Positions 37,733 to 48,318 are shown, counted from the stretch's first letter. The stretch: 64,000 nt of DNA from Candidatus Harrisonbacteria bacterium CG10_big_fil_rev_8_21_14_0_10_49_15 (GCA_002773415.1 PFBD01000020.1:25667-89666), one strand, 5' to 3'. Program-made: numbers and translations. Notes: generated from the sequence alone by a model not told the origin.

Positions 37733-38932
37733 ATGGCAGAAAAGCAAAAATTTGAGCGGACTAAGCCGCACGTTAACGTCGGGACTATTGGTCACGTTGA
37801 CCACGGCAAGAGTACGCTGACCGCTGCCATTACCCACGTTCTGCATAAGAAGGGGCTGGCGGCGAAAGAGGTGAGTGTTGACGACCTGGACAAGAGTCCG
37901 GAAGAAAAGGCTCGTGGTATCACGATTGCCTTGCACCACTCTGAGTATGAGTCGGAGAATCGGCATTACGCGCACATTGACGCGCCGGGTCACGCTGATT
38001 ACATCAAGAACATGATTTCCGGTGCCGCCCAGATGGATGGCGCGGTTTTGGTTATCTCTGCCGCGGACGGTCCGATGCCGCAGACTCGCGAGCACATTTT
38101 GCTTGCCAGGCAGGTGGGCGTGCCTTCGATTATTGTTTTCCTAAACAAGGTAGATATGGTGGATGACCCAGAGCTCATTGACTTAGTGGAAGCTGAGGTT
38201 CGTGAGTTGCTGAAGAAGTACGAGTATCCTGGTGACGAGACTCCGATTATCCGCGGAAGTGCTTTGAAGGCGCTGGAAGCCTCGACTGCTGAAGACGATG
38301 CAGCGAAGCCTATTATTGAGTTGGTGGCCGCGATGGATAGCTTTATTCCGGAGCCGGTTCGTGATATTGAAAAGCCGTTTGCGATGCCGGTGGAGGACAT
38401 CTTCTCCATTGATGGACGCGGTACGGTTGTGACCGGTAAGATTGAGCGTGGTATCATCAAAGTTAACGATGAAATCGAGATCGTTGGTCTGCGCGACACG
38501 CAGAAGACGACTATCACCGGTGTGGAGATGTTTAACAAGTTGATGGACGAGGCGCAGGCCGGTGACAACGTCGGTTTGCTGCTACGTGGTCTCAAGAAGG
38601 AAGACGTTGAGCGAGGGCAGGTGTTGGCTAAGCCGGGAACCATTACTCCGCACACGGAGTTTGAAGCTGAAGTGTACGTGTTGAGTAAGGAGGAAGGCGG
38701 TCGGCACACTCCGTTCTTTAAGGGTTACAAGCCGCAGTTCTATATTGGTACGACTGACGTGACCGGCGAGGTTATATTGCCGGATGGAACTGAAATGGTC
38801 ATTCCGGGCGACACGGTGAACATCAATGTGAAGTTAATCGCGCCGATTGCGCTTGAAGAAAAACAGCGCTTTGCTATCCGTGAAGGTGGTAAGACTGTTG
38901 GTGCCGGTGTGGTAATCAAGATCACGAAATAG
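37733..38932 (+). CDS. tuf: Elongation factor Tu
   Basis: [21 protein letters not shown]. Confidence 0.95.
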   Translation: MAEKQKFERTKPHVNVGTIGHVDHGKSTLTAAITHVLHKKGLAAKEVSVDDLDKSPEEKARGITIALHHSEYESENRHYAHIDAPGHADYIKNMISGAAQMDGAVLVISAADGPMPQTREHILLARQVGVPSIIVFLNKVDMVDDPELIDLVEAEVRELLKKYEYPGDETPIIRGSALKALEASTAEDDAAKPIIELVAAMDSFIPEPVRDIEKPFAMPVEDIFSIDGRGTVVTGKIERGIIKVNDEIEIVGLRDTQKTTITGVEMFNKLMDEAQAGDNVGLLLRGLKKEDVERGQVLAKPGTITPHTEFEAEVYVLSKEEGGRHTPFFKGYKPQFYIGTTDVTGEVILPDGTEMVIPGDTVNINVKLIAPIALEEKQRFAIREGGKTVGAGVVIKITK

Positions 38933-38934
38933 TT

Positions 38935-39264
38935 ATGGCAACCAAGAAGAAGGAGACACAAGATCGCCTGCGCCTGCGCATCAAGGCTTACGACAGTAAG
39001 TTGATTGATACCAGTTGCAAGCAGATAGTAGAAACGGCTAAGCGGCACGACGCTGACGTTGTTGGTCCAACCCCGCTACCGACAGAGTTTCACAAGTACA
39101 CTGTCAACCGTTCTACTTTCATTGACAAAGATTCTCGGGAGCAGTTTGAGATGCGTGTGCATAAGCGATTGATCGACATCTTGAACCCGAATCACGGGAT
39201 CATTGAATCTCTCTCCTCTTTGAACTTGCCGGCTGGAGTAGACATCGAGATCAAGATGCTGTAA
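38935..39264 (+). CDS. rpsJ: 30S ribosomal protein S10
   Basis: 109 aa, conserved S10. Confidence 0.95.
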   Translation: MATKKKETQDRLRLRIKAYDSKLIDTSCKQIVETAKRHDADVVGPTPLPTEFHKYTVNRSTFIDKDSREQFEMRVHKRLIDILNPNHGIIESLSSLNLPAGVDIEIKML

Positions 39265-39288
39265 AGAGCAGATTGAGATGAAGCTAGC

Positions 39289-39312
39289 AAAAGACCCCGA
39301 AAGGGGTCTTTT
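39289..39312. terminator. Strong rho-independent terminator directly after rpsJ (aaaagaccccgaaaggggtctttt)
   Basis: Unusual position: in most bacteria rplC follows rpsJ directly in one operon. Confidence 0.7.
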
Positions 39313-39332
39313 GCGTATGGAAGAGGGTGTAT

Positions 39333-39360
39333 TGACAAATTAGTATAAATATGCATAATA
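39333..39360 (+). promoter_or_regulatory. Sigma-70-like promoter (TTGACA ... CATAATA) driving the inserted HTH gene
   Basis: Read directly. Confidence 0.5.
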
Positions 39361-39442
39361 AAGAAAGCTCGCTACTTGTCCAGCTGTGCTGGCGTAGACG
39401 GGAACGGTTCTTTGATTTGGGCTTAGGCCCAAGGAGCTCGGA

Positions 39443-39919
39443 ATGTCAGAGATTCTGCTCAAGGTCCCCAACGTCCGTCCCGGGTCCCTTGCCAAGCTGG
39501 CGGCTTTTCTCGAGAGTACCCAGAATAGGGTCTCTGAGCGGGACAAGAGCCCAATGGCTACGCTCGTGGTGGCGAAGCGGTACAGTGGCAACGACAACCG
39601 CTACGGCCTGACGCTCAAGGTGGAGTTCTGGTGCGATTCGGAGATCGGCGAGTACGTTTCCATCCCCGCAGCGCAGCTCCAGCAGATCTGGGACGCGCTC
39701 GGGCTGTATCCGAACCAGGGTACGGTGACGAGCGCTCCCGCGCAGATCGGCGATGGCACGCTTAATGTCGCTGTGGAGGCGGCCGAGAAGGCGGCGATCC
39801 GTGCGGCACTGGAGCAGACCGGTGGACACAAGGACGAGGCCGCAGCGTTCCTCGGAATCTCCCGGAAGATCCTGTGGGAGAAGTGCAAGGTCTACGAGAT
39901 CGATTTCGGGATCGAGTAG
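39443..39919 (+). CDS. GC-rich inserted gene encoding a protein with a C-terminal Fis-type HTH (HTH_8-like)
   Basis: SD aaggagctcggaATG. C-terminus AAIRAALEQTGGHKDEAAAFLGISRKILWEKCKVYEI. Inserted between rpsJ and rplC. Confidence 0.65.
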   Translation: MSEILLKVPNVRPGSLAKLAAFLESTQNRVSERDKSPMATLVVAKRYSGNDNRYGLTLKVEFWCDSEIGEYVSIPAAQLQQIWDALGLYPNQGTVTSAPAQIGDGTLNVAVEAAEKAAIRAALEQTGGHKDEAAAFLGISRKILWEKCKVYEIDFGIE

Positions 39920-40035
39920 TGCGAAGTACCCCATCGCTGACCGGGGAGAGAATAGGTCAGCAGCCACGCTGAAGCCCGCCAAAGGTGGGTGAAGCGGACG
40001 GGCTCGACAGTAGGAACACCCTACAGTCGAGCTCG

Positions 40036-40134
40036 TTTTTTGTTATTACGCGTGTAATAACATATGTAAGGACATTGTTACGTAGCATGTTACGTAACAC
40101 TTCTGATACTGTTAAAACATGAATGTTTTAACAG
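40036..40134. promoter_or_regulatory. Cluster of three perfect palindromes: gttattacgcgtgtaataac; tandem TTACGTA(g/a) palindromic boxes; ctgttaaaacat-ga-atgttttaacag
   Basis: Read directly. They lie downstream of the HTH gene terminator (39993-40034). Confidence 0.55.
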
Positions 40135-40184
40135 TTTTTTTGGGCCAAAGGGCTGCATTTGAACCGTTCTTGTCGGGGGCTTTA

Positions 40185-40253
40185 CCCCCACACCAATCGG
40201 CCAGGACTGGCTTTGCCAGCTGGGCCGCACCTGCTGGCCGATTGGTGTGGGGG
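40185..40253. repeat. Long hairpin with a 20-bp perfect stem (cccccacaccaatcggccag / ctggccgattggtgtggggg) and a structured loop
   Basis: Read directly. Immediately followed by a TTTACA-17-TATACT promoter for rplC. Confidence 0.6.
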
Positions 40254-40282
40254 TTTACAAATATGAAGAGCTTGTGTATACT
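40254..40282 (+). promoter_or_regulatory. Promoter (TTTACA-17 nt-TATACT) re-initiating the rplC..operon after the insertion
   Basis: Read directly. Confidence 0.5.
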
Positions 40283-40411
40283 AACCGGCATAGTTAGGTA
40301 AAGGTCTTGTGGAGCATGTTCTTCGCCGACCTGCAAAAACTAGTAATCAGCGTCTTATTGGAAGCTGAGCTAGGCTCAGTTTTTTAATTACTGGATTTCC
40401 GAATAAAAGCT

Positions 40412-40861
40412 ATGACAACCCTGAAGGGCACAAAACTAAAGATGACGAGTCTTTTCAAAGACGGACGCGCCTATGGTGTTACTCCGGTATCTTTGGATAC
40501 CAATGCTGATCTTTCCGTTCTGGAAGCAGGCTCTCTTATTCGAATTAGCGGCATTAGTAAGGGTAAGGGGTTTGCAGGCGTAGTAAAGCGACACAATTTT
40601 AGAGGGGGCCCGGCAACACACGGTCAGAAAGATAAGCACCGTAGCCCGGGCTCTATTGGTTCTACGGCGCCGCAACGCGTTTTGCCGGGTCGCCGGATGG
40701 CCGGCCGTATGGGTAATGAGCGAGTGACTATTAAGAATCTTCCGCTTGTTTCCGTTGATATTGAAAATAAGATCCTGATGCTGAACGGTTCAGTACCGGG
40801 TATTACTGGCCGAGAAGTCGAGATCGAATTACCGGTGGAGTTAGTAGAAGCTGGAAATTAG
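40412..40861 (+). CDS. rplC: 50S ribosomal protein L3 (short, 149 aa)
   Basis: L3 core KGKGFAGVVKRHNF.GGPATHG. Confidence 0.9.
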   Translation: MTTLKGTKLKMTSLFKDGRAYGVTPVSLDTNADLSVLEAGSLIRISGISKGKGFAGVVKRHNFRGGPATHGQKDKHRSPGSIGSTAPQRVLPGRRMAGRMGNERVTIKNLPLVSVDIENKILMLNGSVPGITGREVEIELPVELVEAGN

Positions 40862-40864
40862 AAT

Positions 40865-41500
40865 ATGGAAACCACCAGTATGAAAACGGATGTTTTAAAT
40901 CTGAAAGGCGAGAAGGTTGGCGACGTTGAGCTCAATGAGGCTATTTTTGGTCGCGCTTGGAACGGAGACTTGGTTCACCAGGCCGTTGTTACCGCGGCCG
41001 CCAATCGCCGGAAGCCTTGGGCGCATGCGAAGACTCGGGATGAGGTGTCTGGTGGTGGTAAGAAGCCTTGGAAGCAAAAAGGTACCGGCCGAGCTCGTCA
41101 TGGATCTACCAGAAGTCCTATCTGGGTTGGTGGTGGTGCCGCGCATGGCCCACGCAATGACCGCGATTATTCTAAAAAGTTGAACAAGAAGATGGCCAGA
41201 GCGGCTTTGTACTGCGCTCTTTCCAAAAAGCTTGCTGATGGTGAAATGCGTTTTGTTGACTCTTTAACAATTGAGAGCACGAAGACCAAAGACTTGGTTG
41301 GCGCCTTAAAGAATTTTTTCAAAGCTAATCAGCCGCCGTCAACCTTGCTTGTGTCCGCTGATGGTAATAACTCTTTGGTTCGGATCTCCAACAATGTCCC
41401 TAAGGTAGATACTATCCACGGTAGCTCTATTGGTATTTCGGACCTACTGAGCCATCAGAATGTATTAATCGAGAAGGAGGCGATTGAACAGATCCGATAG
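40865..41500 (+). CDS. rplD: 50S ribosomal protein L4
   Basis: Conserved L4. Confidence 0.9.
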   Translation: METTSMKTDVLNLKGEKVGDVELNEAIFGRAWNGDLVHQAVVTAAANRRKPWAHAKTRDEVSGGGKKPWKQKGTGRARHGSTRSPIWVGGGAAHGPRNDRDYSKKLNKKMARAALYCALSKKLADGEMRFVDSLTIESTKTKDLVGALKNFFKANQPPSTLLVSADGNNSLVRISNNVPKVDTIHGSSIGISDLLSHQNVLIEKEAIEQIR

Positions 41501-41529
41501 AAAATTGGGAAATTAGAAGATTAGGAAAC

Positions 41530-41808
41530 ATGAATAAGCTTTTAGTAAAACAACCTATACTGACTGAAAAGGCGACCAGCTTGACTGCCGGAAACACCTA
41601 TACTTTTTTGGTAGAAGGTCATGCGAATAAGTCCGAGGTGAGTAAGGCGATTGCCCAGCTATATAAAGTTAAAGTTGAGGCTGTGCGCATAATTAACGTC
41701 AAGCCGAAGAAGCGTCGTTTGGGGCGGACCGTTGGCACTAAGCCGGGTTATAAAAAGGCGATGATCACTTTGAAGGCCGGAGATACTATTGATATAGTGG
41801 GAGCGTGA
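41530..41808 (+). CDS. rplW: 50S ribosomal protein L23
   Basis: Conserved L23. Confidence 0.9.
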   Translation: MNKLLVKQPILTEKATSLTAGNTYTFLVEGHANKSEVSKAIAQLYKVKVEAVRIINVKPKKRRLGRTVGTKPGYKKAMITLKAGDTIDIVGA

Positions 41809-41909
41809 CGAGCTTTTTAGCTGATTAGCTTCTTAGGAAAGTAGCCGCACAGAGAAAATCGAAACCCTAATAAGCTAAACAGCTAATAAGCTAAACAGCT
41901 AATAAGCAT

Positions 41910-42752
41910 ATGAAAAAGTATAATCCAACAAGTCCAGGAAAGCGTCAGCAGGTCTCGGTTGAGTACCGGCAGGTTTTGTCGCGTGGTACAAAGAACAAGC
42001 CGAAGAAGTCTCTTTTGAAAACAATACACGCGGCCGCGGGGCGAAACCATCATGGCCGCATCACAACCCGACACCAGGGTGGTGGTCATAAGAAGCGTTA
42101 CCGGATGGTTGATTTTAAACAGCTGAAGCACGCTATTCCGGCAACTGTGAAAACGATTGAGTACGATCCATATCGGACTGCTTTTATCGCGCTTGTGGTG
42201 TTTGCTGACGGTGAGCAGAGATATATAATTGCGCCTCAGGATGTTGCTGTTGGTGACACTGTTATTGCCGCGGAAAAGACCGAAATAAAGCCGGGTAACC
42301 GGATGAAGCTTGAGAACATCCCGATTGGGCAGTTTGTGCACAATGTTGAGTTGAGGCCAAACGGTGGTGGAAAGCTGGCCAGAGCGGCCGGTTCTGCCCT
42401 TGAGGTGCTTGGTTCAAGCGAAGGAGTTACAGACTTAAAGATGCCTTCTAAAGAGGTGCGCCGAGTGCCGTCCGCTTGCTTTGCCTCTATTGGTAAGGTT
42501 TCTAATCCGGAGTATAACTTGACCAATATCGGAAAGGCCGGGCGCAGTCGCTGGCTTGGTATTCGCCCGACTGTTCGCGGTAGCGCGATGAACCCGGTTG
42601 ACCACAAATATGGTGGTGGTGAGGGTGTGCAGCCGCGTGGTACGAAGCGACCGAAGGATATTTTTGGTAATATCACTGGCGGCGTGCGTACTCGAAACAA
42701 GAAGAAATGGTCCAAGAAATTTATTGTTAAGCGTCGACCAACGAAACGATAA
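41910..42752 (+). CDS. rplB: 50S ribosomal protein L2
   Basis: Conserved L2. Confidence 0.95.
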   Translation: MKKYNPTSPGKRQQVSVEYRQVLSRGTKNKPKKSLLKTIHAAAGRNHHGRITTRHQGGGHKKRYRMVDFKQLKHAIPATVKTIEYDPYRTAFIALVVFADGEQRYIIAPQDVAVGDTVIAAEKTEIKPGNRMKLENIPIGQFVHNVELRPNGGGKLARAAGSALEVLGSSEGVTDLKMPSKEVRRVPSACFASIGKVSNPEYNLTNIGKAGRSRWLGIRPTVRGSAMNPVDHKYGGGEGVQPRGTKRPKDIFGNITGGVRTRNKKKWSKKFIVKRRPTKR

Positions 42753-42757
42753 AAACT

Positions 42758-43072
42758 ATGTCTAGATCACTAAAAAAAGGACCGTACGTTTACGATCGGT
42801 TGCTGAAAAAAATGGAAAAGACTAAGCCGGGCGGCGCCCCTATCAAGACTTGGGCGCGCGACTCTATGATTGCGCCGGAGATGGTTGGTTTTATTTTTTC
42901 CGTCCACAATGGTAAGGATTTTATTGATGTGAGTGTGAAGGAGGAGATGGTTGGTCACCGTTTTGGTGAGTTCGCGCCGACTAAGAAGTTCTTGCGCCAC
43001 GGTGGTAAGATGCAGAAGCAGTTGGAGGCTTCCGCCGCTCAAAAACAAGCACCTGCTAAATCGGGTAAATAA
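42758..43072 (+). CDS. rpsS: 30S ribosomal protein S19
   Basis: Conserved S19. Confidence 0.95.
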   Translation: MSRSLKKGPYVYDRLLKKMEKTKPGGAPIKTWARDSMIAPEMVGFIFSVHNGKDFIDVSVKEEMVGHRFGEFAPTKKFLRHGGKMQKQLEASAAQKQAPAKSGK

Positions 43073-43077
43073 GGCAT

Positions 43078-43602
43078 ATGACAAAAACTCAAAAAGCACA
43101 ATTAAGATATTTGAATATCACTCCCCGAAAGGTGCGTTTAATCGCGGCGACTTTGCGAGGCTTGTCTACTCAGGAGGCTGAGGCACAGTTACTCTTGCGC
43201 AGTCAGCGAAGTTCAATGCCGCTGTTAAAGTTGTTGCGTAGCGCTGTTGCAAACGCAAAGAACAATGAGCTTGATACTGACCGTCTTGTTATTTCTGAGA
43301 TATTGGTCAATGGCGGTCCGGTGTTGAAGCGTTATCTGCCGCGTGCCCAGGGGCGAGCGAGTTTGCTGCTGAAGCGGACGTCTCACATCAGCTTGACCTT
43401 AACTGAGCTGGAGGCTGGTCCTCGGAAGCGATTTGCGATTGTGCCGAAGGCAAAGAAGGACAAGAAGAAAGACTCTGATAAGCCGGCAAAGGCGGCTGTG
43501 AAAAAGCCGGCTAGCGCGGTGAAGAGGGAAGATGATAGCAAAGCGGCGAAGGAGGCTAAGCCGGGCACGTTGAAAAAGATGTTCCAGCGGAAGTCAGTGT
43601 AA
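43078..43602 (+). CDS. rplV: 50S ribosomal protein L22 with a Lys/Asp-rich C-terminal extension
   Basis: L22 core plus a KKDKKKDSDKPAKAAVKK.. tail. Confidence 0.9.
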   Translation: MTKTQKAQLRYLNITPRKVRLIAATLRGLSTQEAEAQLLLRSQRSSMPLLKLLRSAVANAKNNELDTDRLVISEILVNGGPVLKRYLPRAQGRASLLLKRTSHISLTLTELEAGPRKRFAIVPKAKKDKKKDSDKPAKAAVKKPASAVKREDDSKAAKEAKPGTLKKMFQRKSV

Positions 43603-43683
43603 CATCAACGAACCGCGAACGAAGAGCGAAATTACGAAACATTGCAAATTAGATAAAAATACAGTAAAATATAGCGATTCATC

Positions 43684-44397
43684 ATGGGACAGAAGATAAG
43701 ACCAGATTCTTTCCGTCTTGGGATCACGCAGGGGTGGACCTCCCGCTGGTTCCCGAAGAGGGGATATAAAAACAAGCTTGAAGAGGATGTGCTCATCCGT
43801 CGGGTTATTAATGATCGCATTAAACTGGCGGGTATCGTTAGAATAGAGATAGAGCGCAACGCGAACAATCAGTACCGCTTGTTTATTAAGGCGGCTAAAC
43901 CCGGTATTATCATCGGACGAGGCGGTGCCGGTATTGAGGATCTGACAAAGATACTGACTAAAGAGTTGCAGGCTTTGCTCCGAAGCCGGGGAGTTACGGA
44001 TCCGAACGTGGCTATTAATTTGAATATTGAAGAGCTGAAGCGAACTGAAATAGCGTCAACTTATGTCGCGCAGACCATTGCTTGGGAGTTGGAGAAGCGT
44101 ATGCCGTTTCGGCGGACCATAAAGAAAACTCTGGAAGGAGTGCTTCAGAATCGGGATGTAAAAGGCGCGAAGATCCAGGTAGCCGGCCGTTTGGACGGAG
44201 GCGAGATAGCTCGCAGCGAATTTTTGTCTAAGGGTAAGTTGCCGCTACAGACCTTGCGCGCGAATATTGATTACGGTCGGGCAACTGCTTACACGACCTA
44301 CGGTACCATCGGGATCAAAGTTTGGGTTTATAAAGGTGATATTTTTTCCAAGGATGTTAAGGACGAAGCGACTGGTAAGTTTAAACAAGCCGTCTAG
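43684..44397 (+). CDS. rpsC: 30S ribosomal protein S3
   Basis: KH domain and S3 C-terminal domain. Confidence 0.95.
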   Translation: MGQKIRPDSFRLGITQGWTSRWFPKRGYKNKLEEDVLIRRVINDRIKLAGIVRIEIERNANNQYRLFIKAAKPGIIIGRGGAGIEDLTKILTKELQALLRSRGVTDPNVAINLNIEELKRTEIASTYVAQTIAWELEKRMPFRRTIKKTLEGVLQNRDVKGAKIQVAGRLDGGEIARSEFLSKGKLPLQTLRANIDYGRATAYTTYGTIGIKVWVYKGDIFSKDVKDEATGKFKQAV

Positions 44398-44506
44398 TCA
44401 CGAATCACTAATAAGCATTAATCAAACTAATCTAATACAAAAAATCTGAAAGCTATTCGTCTGATTCGTGATTATCCGTGATTAGTGAAAAATTTTACAA
44501 AGTAAA

Positions 44507-44917
44507 ATGTTAACTCCAAAGAAAGTAAAACATCGTAAGTGGCATAAGGGTCGTAACCGCGATCGCAAGTTTAGTTTTCGTGGAACGACTTTGAGCTATG
44601 GCAGTTGCGGTATCAAGGCAACTACTTCTTCTTGGGTTAACTCTCGTCAAATAGAGTCTGCGCGAAGAACGATTACCGGTTTTTTGAAACGTGAAGGAAA
44701 AGTGTTTATCCGTATCTTCCCGGATAAGCCGGTTACAAAGCGGCCGCCGGAGGTGACCATGGGTGGCGGTAAGGGTGCCGTTGATCACTATGTTTTCCCG
44801 GTGAAGCCAGGTAGGATTCTTTTTGAAGTTGATGGAGTGAAAGAGGACAAGGCAAAAGAGGCCTTGCGCCGAGCAAGTCATAAATTACCGGTAAAGACTC
44901 GATTTGTCAGCCGCTAG
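44507..44917 (+). CDS. rplP: 50S ribosomal protein L16
   Basis: Conserved L16. Confidence 0.95.
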   Translation: MLTPKKVKHRKWHKGRNRDRKFSFRGTTLSYGSCGIKATTSSWVNSRQIESARRTITGFLKREGKVFIRIFPDKPVTKRPPEVTMGGGKGAVDHYVFPVKPGRILFEVDGVKEDKAKEALRRASHKLPVKTRFVSR

Positions 44918-44940
44918 AAGAATCAAATGAATTTACGAAT

Positions 44941-45192
44941 ATGAAACGAAAAGAGGTTCAAAAAATCAAAGAAAAGTCTGTCAGCGAGTTGCAGAAAGAT
45001 GCGGCTTCTTTGAAGGTGAAGACTGGTGAGATGCGCCGGGATTTGGTTGTTGGTAAGCTGAAGAATCCGCGTTTGATTGGGCAGACCAGAAAAGATATTG
45101 CTCGCTTGCTGACTGTTATGAATGAGAAGAAAATGATGATAGAAAGCAATAATACAAAGGTCACGAAGAATGATGTCACGAATCACGAATAA
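44941..45192 (+). CDS. rpmC: 50S ribosomal protein L29
   Basis: Conserved L29. Confidence 0.85.
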   Translation: MKRKEVQKIKEKSVSELQKDAASLKVKTGEMRRDLVVGKLKNPRLIGQTRKDIARLLTVMNEKKMMIESNNTKVTKNDVTNHE

Positions 45193-45285
45193 TCACGAAT
45201 CAAACTAATCTAGTTAAAAATTCTGAGAGCTATTCGTGCGATTGGTGATGATTAGTGATTAGTGAAAACTTTTACGAAGTAAAAT

Positions 45286-45594
45286 ATGAAAAGAACTCTT
45301 CAAGGAACAATTGTTTCCGACAAAATGAATAAAACAGCGGTGGTTGCTGTGGCAACTAAGCAAAAGCACCCGAAGTATCTTAAGTACTACACGGTGACTC
45401 GGCGTTTTAAGGCTCATAATGAGGGCGACCAGTATAAAGTCGGTCAGGTTGTTGTTATTGAAGAAGCTCGACCAATGTCTAAAGATAAGCGGTGGGTTGT
45501 CACCGGTTTGGTTGAAGGGGCGCCGCAGCCGGAATTGTCTCCGAATAACGAATTACAAACCGAATCAACGAATGTAGAAAAAGATATTGGATAA
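45286..45594 (+). CDS. rpsQ: 30S ribosomal protein S17
   Basis: Conserved S17. Confidence 0.9.
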   Translation: MKRTLQGTIVSDKMNKTAVVAVATKQKHPKYLKYYTVTRRFKAHNEGDQYKVGQVVVIEEARPMSKDKRWVVTGLVEGAPQPELSPNNELQTESTNVEKDIG

Positions 45595-45639
45595 GGATTC
45601 GCTGATTCGTTATCCTATTCGATATTCGCAAACAAAAAT

Positions 45640-46017
45640 ATGTTGCAATTACGATCATTAGTAAAAGTTGCCGATAACAGCGGCGCGAAGAGCGTCAGGG
45701 TGTTTACTGTTCTTGGTGGTACCCGAAAGCGTTATGCGCAGATTGGTGATCTTGTGGTTGCGTCTGTGCAGACTGCTGAGCCGCGGCACGCTGGCAAGGC
45801 TATAAAGAAGAAGGACGTAGTTAAGTGTTTGGTTGTTCGTCAGCGTCACCCATTGCGTCGACCGGATGGTTCGGTTGTTCGCTTTGACGAGAACGCGGTG
45901 GTTATAATCGATGACAAAAAGCAGCCGCGCGCGACTCGTGTTTTCGGTCCGGTGCCGCGCGAGCTTAAGGAAAAAGGTTTTGACGCTGTATTTTCATTAG
46001 CCGAAGAGGTTGTGTAG
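45640..46017 (+). CDS. rplN: 50S ribosomal protein L14
   Basis: Conserved L14. Confidence 0.95.
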   Translation: MLQLRSLVKVADNSGAKSVRVFTVLGGTRKRYAQIGDLVVASVQTAEPRHAGKAIKKKDVVKCLVVRQRHPLRRPDGSVVRFDENAVVIIDDKKQPRATRVFGPVPRELKEKGFDAVFSLAEEVV

Positions 46018-46020
46018 AAT

Positions 46021-46248
46021 ATGAAACTTTTTAAACAGTTAAAAAAAGGCGTTACGGCTACCGTTATCGCCGGTAAAGATAAGGGAAAGAGTGGCAAGGT
46101 TATTGCGCTTGTACCGGAGAAGAATCGAGTATTGATCGATGGTGTGAACATGTTCAAAAAACACAAGCGACCGACCAAGCAGGGCGAGAAGGGGCAGGTC
46201 GTGAGCGTCGCTCGTTCAATTCACGTATCTAACGTTAAAGTAAAGTAG
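46021..46248 (+). CDS. rplX: 50S ribosomal protein L24
   Basis: KOW motif. Confidence 0.9.
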   Translation: MKLFKQLKKGVTATVIAGKDKGKSGKVIALVPEKNRVLIDGVNMFKKHKRPTKQGEKGQVVSVARSIHVSNVKVK

Positions 46249-46273
46249 AGATTAAAAAATTGGGAAATTAGGT

Positions 46274-46771
46274 ATGAAAAACAGTATTGAAAAAGTTGTT
46301 GTGAATACGAGCTTTGGTAAGCAGGCAACCGCCATGTCTGATTTTGAGTCTAAGGTACTGCCGGAGATCCGTACTGAGTTGGCTGCGATTATCGGGCAGA
46401 TGCCGCAAGTTCGGCCGGCGCGAAAATCAATTGCCGGTTTTAAGCTGCGCGAAGGTATGGCTGTAGGTATGCGGGCAACACTGCGCGGTGCTAAGGCGAG
46501 ACAGTTTGTTAGTAGGGTTGTGAACATTGTGTTGCCGCGTATCCGAGACTTCAGAGGGATTAAGTTAAGCGGGATAGATAGAGACGGTAACTTGACCTTT
46601 GGGATCAAAGAACATATTGTGTTCCCAGAGATCGTCCTGGAAGAATCAAAGGCCAACTTTGGCTTGCAGATAACGGTTGTGCCGCGTGAGCCAATGGAGA
46701 ACGAGGAGGCGATCGCCTTTTATCGCGAGTTAGGTATTCCATTTGAGAAAGAAGCAGTCGCGACTAGGTAA
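46274..46771 (+). CDS. rplE: 50S ribosomal protein L5
   Basis: Conserved L5. Confidence 0.95.
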   Translation: MKNSIEKVVVNTSFGKQATAMSDFESKVLPEIRTELAAIIGQMPQVRPARKSIAGFKLREGMAVGMRATLRGAKARQFVSRVVNIVLPRIRDFRGIKLSGIDRDGNLTFGIKEHIVFPEIVLEESKANFGLQITVVPREPMENEEAIAFYRELGIPFEKEAVATR

Positions 46772-46798
46772 TATTGAAACATTTAAACATTCATTCGT

Positions 46799-46984
46799 AT
46801 GGCTAGAAAAGCACTCATCGCAAAAGCAAATAAGACACCGAAATTTTCTTCGCGGATAATCAATCGTTGTTTTAAGTGTGGCCGGAAGCACGGTTACATG
46901 CGAAGATTTGGGCTTTGCCGAATTTGCTTTAGAGAGATGGCGAGCAGTGGTCAGCTGCCGGGAATTAAAAAATCAAGCTGGTAA
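46799..46984 (+). CDS. rpsN: 30S ribosomal protein S14 type Z (zinc-binding)
   Basis: [23 protein letters not shown]. Confidence 0.9.
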   Translation: MARKALIAKANKTPKFSSRIINRCFKCGRKHGYMRRFGLCRICFREMASSGQLPGIKKSSW

Positions 46985-47115
46985 AGTAATGATCAATCAA
47001 TTTTCAATTTACGAATTTTCAATTTTCAAACAATGAATCAATGAATAAATGTTTTAAACATTGAGAAATTAAATCATTAAAAATTGTTTAGAAATTGAAA
47101 ATTGGAAATTAGACA
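46985..47115. repeat. Intergenic repeat family C, long copy (between rpsN and rpsH)
   Basis: Matches 23772-23860 over >60 nt. Confidence 0.7.
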
Positions 47116-47124
47116 TTCACTGAT

Positions 47125-47511
47125 ATGTATACAGATCTACTTATAAGAATAAAAAACGCGCAGCAAGCTAAGAAGCTTTCTTTGAAGATGCCGTATTCGC
47201 GGATGGATATGACCATAGCGGAGCAGCTCGTGAGCCACGGCTTTATTAAGTCCGCGAACAAGAAGGGAAGGATGCCAAAGCGAGCTATTGAGATCGAGTT
47301 GAAGTATGATGAAAGTGGTGAGGTCGGCGCTATTACTGATGTTCGTTTTTTGAGCAAGCCATCCCGTCGTTTGTATTCCGGTTATCGTGAACTGAAGCCA
47401 GTGAAGCAGGGGTATGGCTTGGCGATGGTCTCGACGCCAAATGGTGTTATGACCGCGAACCAGGCTCGCAAGGAAAAAATAGGCGGACAGCTTTTATTTG
47501 AGATCTGGTAA
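47125..47511 (+). CDS. rpsH: 30S ribosomal protein S8
   Basis: Conserved S8. Confidence 0.95.
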   Translation: MYTDLLIRIKNAQQAKKLSLKMPYSRMDMTIAEQLVSHGFIKSANKKGRMPKRAIEIELKYDESGEVGAITDVRFLSKPSRRLYSGYRELKPVKQGYGLAMVSTPNGVMTANQARKEKIGGQLLFEIW

Positions 47512-47697
47512 GGGCTTTGTATGAGCGAAGCGAATTTACAAAACCTTACCCAGCACCATTTTTGACAAATATGAAAATTTCAACTAAAATAATCCAACTA
47601 CGAATTAAAAGCTTGCAGAGTTATTCTGTTGCACTCAAAAATGGCGCTGGGTGCTCAGTTTTAGAATTACTCACTAGCGTTCGTAAATAAAACTGGC

Positions 47698-48273
47698 ATG
47701 TCAAAGATCGGAAGAAAACCAATTGAAATCCTTGAGGGCGTAACCGTCTCTATTGAAGACGGTAAGTTTAAGGTTGCCGGTAAGCTGGGTACTTTAGAGA
47801 CGCCTATTTTAGCCGGAGTAACCGCGGAGCAGTCTGACCCCGAAAAATCGCAGAGCGATCACGGGGCAAGTGGCACAATAGTACTCAAGATTAGTGACGA
47901 TAATAAACAAACTCGGGCTAACTGGGGTACGACAGCGGCTTTACTCCGCAATGCCATTACTGGAGTTTCAGAGGGCTTTAAAAAAGATTTAGAGATTCAG
48001 GGTGTTGGTTTTCGAGCCTCCATGGAAGGGAAGACCCTTGTGATGGGCCTTGGCTTTAGCCATCCGGTTCGCTACGAGACTCCGGAGGGAGTAACGATTG
48101 CGGTTGAAAAGAACGTTATTATTGTGACCGGTATTGATAGTGCGGTGGTGGGGCAGACAGCGGCTGAAATCAGGAAGTTTAAGAAGCCGGAGCCATACCA
48201 GGGTAAAGGGATCCGCTATGTTGGCGAGCATGTACGTCGTAAACAAGGCAAGAAGGTTGCAGGCTCCGCGTAG
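47698..48273 (+). CDS. rplF: 50S ribosomal protein L6
   Basis: Conserved L6. Confidence 0.95.
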   Translation: MSKIGRKPIEILEGVTVSIEDGKFKVAGKLGTLETPILAGVTAEQSDPEKSQSDHGASGTIVLKISDDNKQTRANWGTTAALLRNAITGVSEGFKKDLEIQGVGFRASMEGKTLVMGLGFSHPVRYETPEGVTIAVEKNVIIVTGIDSAVVGQTAAEIRKFKKPEPYQGKGIRYVGEHVRRKQGKKVAGSA

Positions 48274-48318
48274 CATCAGACGAATTACGAATCCATTACG
48301 AATTTACGAATAAAAGGT

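Noticed and set aside
40185-40253. The 20-bp-stem hairpin as a tRNA or attB remnant
   Set aside because: It has no tRNA-like T-loop or acceptor features. It is kept only as an unexplained hairpin within the rpsJ-rplC insertion.
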